64,000 nt of DNA from Vicinamibacterales bacterium (GTDB taxonomy: Bacteria; Acidobacteriota; Vicinamibacteria; Vicinamibacterales; UBA8438): contig CBDAUL010000004.1 of NCBI GenBank assembly GCA_965200475.1, forward strand, positions 71,303 to 135,302, in the 5' to 3' direction. Positions 63,270-64,000 of this stretch are shown piece after piece. Under the pieces are notes generated by a model, which did not search any database, was not told the DNA's origin, and saw only the letters and a program-made list of their open reading frames with translations. A program made the translations under genes and the position numbers. The stretch's first letter is position 1. The number at the start of each line of letters is the position of its first letter.

Positions 63270-64000
63270 GTGACCCCGTCGCGAACCCTCGTTCAGCTCG
63301 CAACGCTCTTTCTCCGGCTCGGCGTCACGGCGTTCGGCGGACCGGCGGCCCACATCGCCATGATGCGCAGCGAGGTCGTCGACCGGCGGCGGTGGCTGAC
63401 CGACGCCGAGTTCCTCGACCTGCTCGCGGCCACGCACCTGATTCCGGGTCCCAACTCGACCGAGATGGCGATCCACCTGGGATTCAGGCGCGGCCGGCTG
63501 GGCGGGCTGCTCATCGCCGGCGTCTGCTTCATCCTGCCGGCGTCGCTGATGGTCGGGGCGATCGCGTACGCGTACGTCCGCTTCGGCAGCACGCCGCAGG
63601 CGGCGTGGCTGATGTACGGCATCGGTCCGGTCATCATCGCGGTCATCGTCCAGGCGGTGTGGAAGCTCGGCCGCGCCGCCATCACCGGTCCGCTGCAGCT
63701 CCTGCTCGGGGGCGCCGTCGCCATCCTGTCGCTGGCCGGCGTCAACGAGCTGCTGCTGCTGGGCAGCGGCGCCCTGGTCGCCATGTCGGCGCATCTCGCA
63801 CGGGGAGCGGCCGTGGCCGGCCTGCTCGCGACGCTGGGCGCGGCGACGACGCTGGCCGGCGCGGCCGCCGCGGTCGCCGGCGCGGCCGTCCCGGTCACGC
63901 TCGCGCGCCTGACCCTGTTCTTCCTGAAGGTCGGCTCCATCCTGTTCGGCAGCGGCTACGTGCTGGTCGCGTTCCTGCGCGCCGACCTGACGGAACGCTG
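63270..64000 (+). CDS. chrA: Chromate efflux transporter, truncated at window edge
   Basis: Read from sequence: FLRLGVTAFGGPAAHIAMM, IPGPNSTEMAIH and FLKVGSILFGSGYVL. Confidence 0.9.
   Translation, partial: MTPSRTLVQLATLFLRLGVTAFGGPAAHIAMMRSEVVDRRRWLTDAEFLDLLAATHLIPGPNSTEMAIHLGFRRGRLGGLLIAGVCFILPASLMVGAIAYAYVRFGSTPQAAWLMYGIGPVIIAVIVQAVWKLGRAAITGPLQLLLGGAVAILSLAGVNELLLLGSGALVAMSAHLARGAAVAGLLATLGAATTLAGAAAAVAGAAVPVTLARLTLFFLKVGSILFGSGYVLVAFLRADLTER

Overview
Very GC-rich bacterial chromosome segment. Gene content and order suggest Acidobacteriota, possibly Vicinamibacteria-like; this is inference. The backbone is a minus-strand housekeeping run (hisS-aspS-phoH-ybeY-CBS/hemolysin-era-mgtE ... 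recO ... glyQ-glyS ... rnd-ppdK-mutL) broken up by accessory insertions. Main points: (1) a radical SAM enzyme of the Tes/GDGT-MAS (MJ0619) tetraether-lipid synthase family, directly downstream of a YqiA-like esterase, a TIGR04283-type GT2 and a GT-C/GT87 membrane glycosyltransferase, which is a candidate bacterial glyco-tetraether lipid locus; (2) a selenoprotein (UxxC peroxiredoxin-like domain plus DsbD-N-like domain) that the ORF track splits at an in-frame TGA, with a SECIS-like hairpin; (3) a secreted protein made of six ~148-aa repeats behind a sigma70 promoter and a structured ~200-nt leader; (4) two near-identical PQQ dehydrogenase genes flanking a squalene synthase; (5) a ~95-bp palindromic intergenic repeat family, about 11 units at 5 loci; (6) an IS4 with a tandem partial self-duplication inside yccF, an intact IS1182/IS5-like element plus a solo matching end, and a DUF222-HNH gene beside a VapBC pair. 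I saw no rRNA, tRNA or CRISPR array. Family calls come from motif recognition, not database searches.
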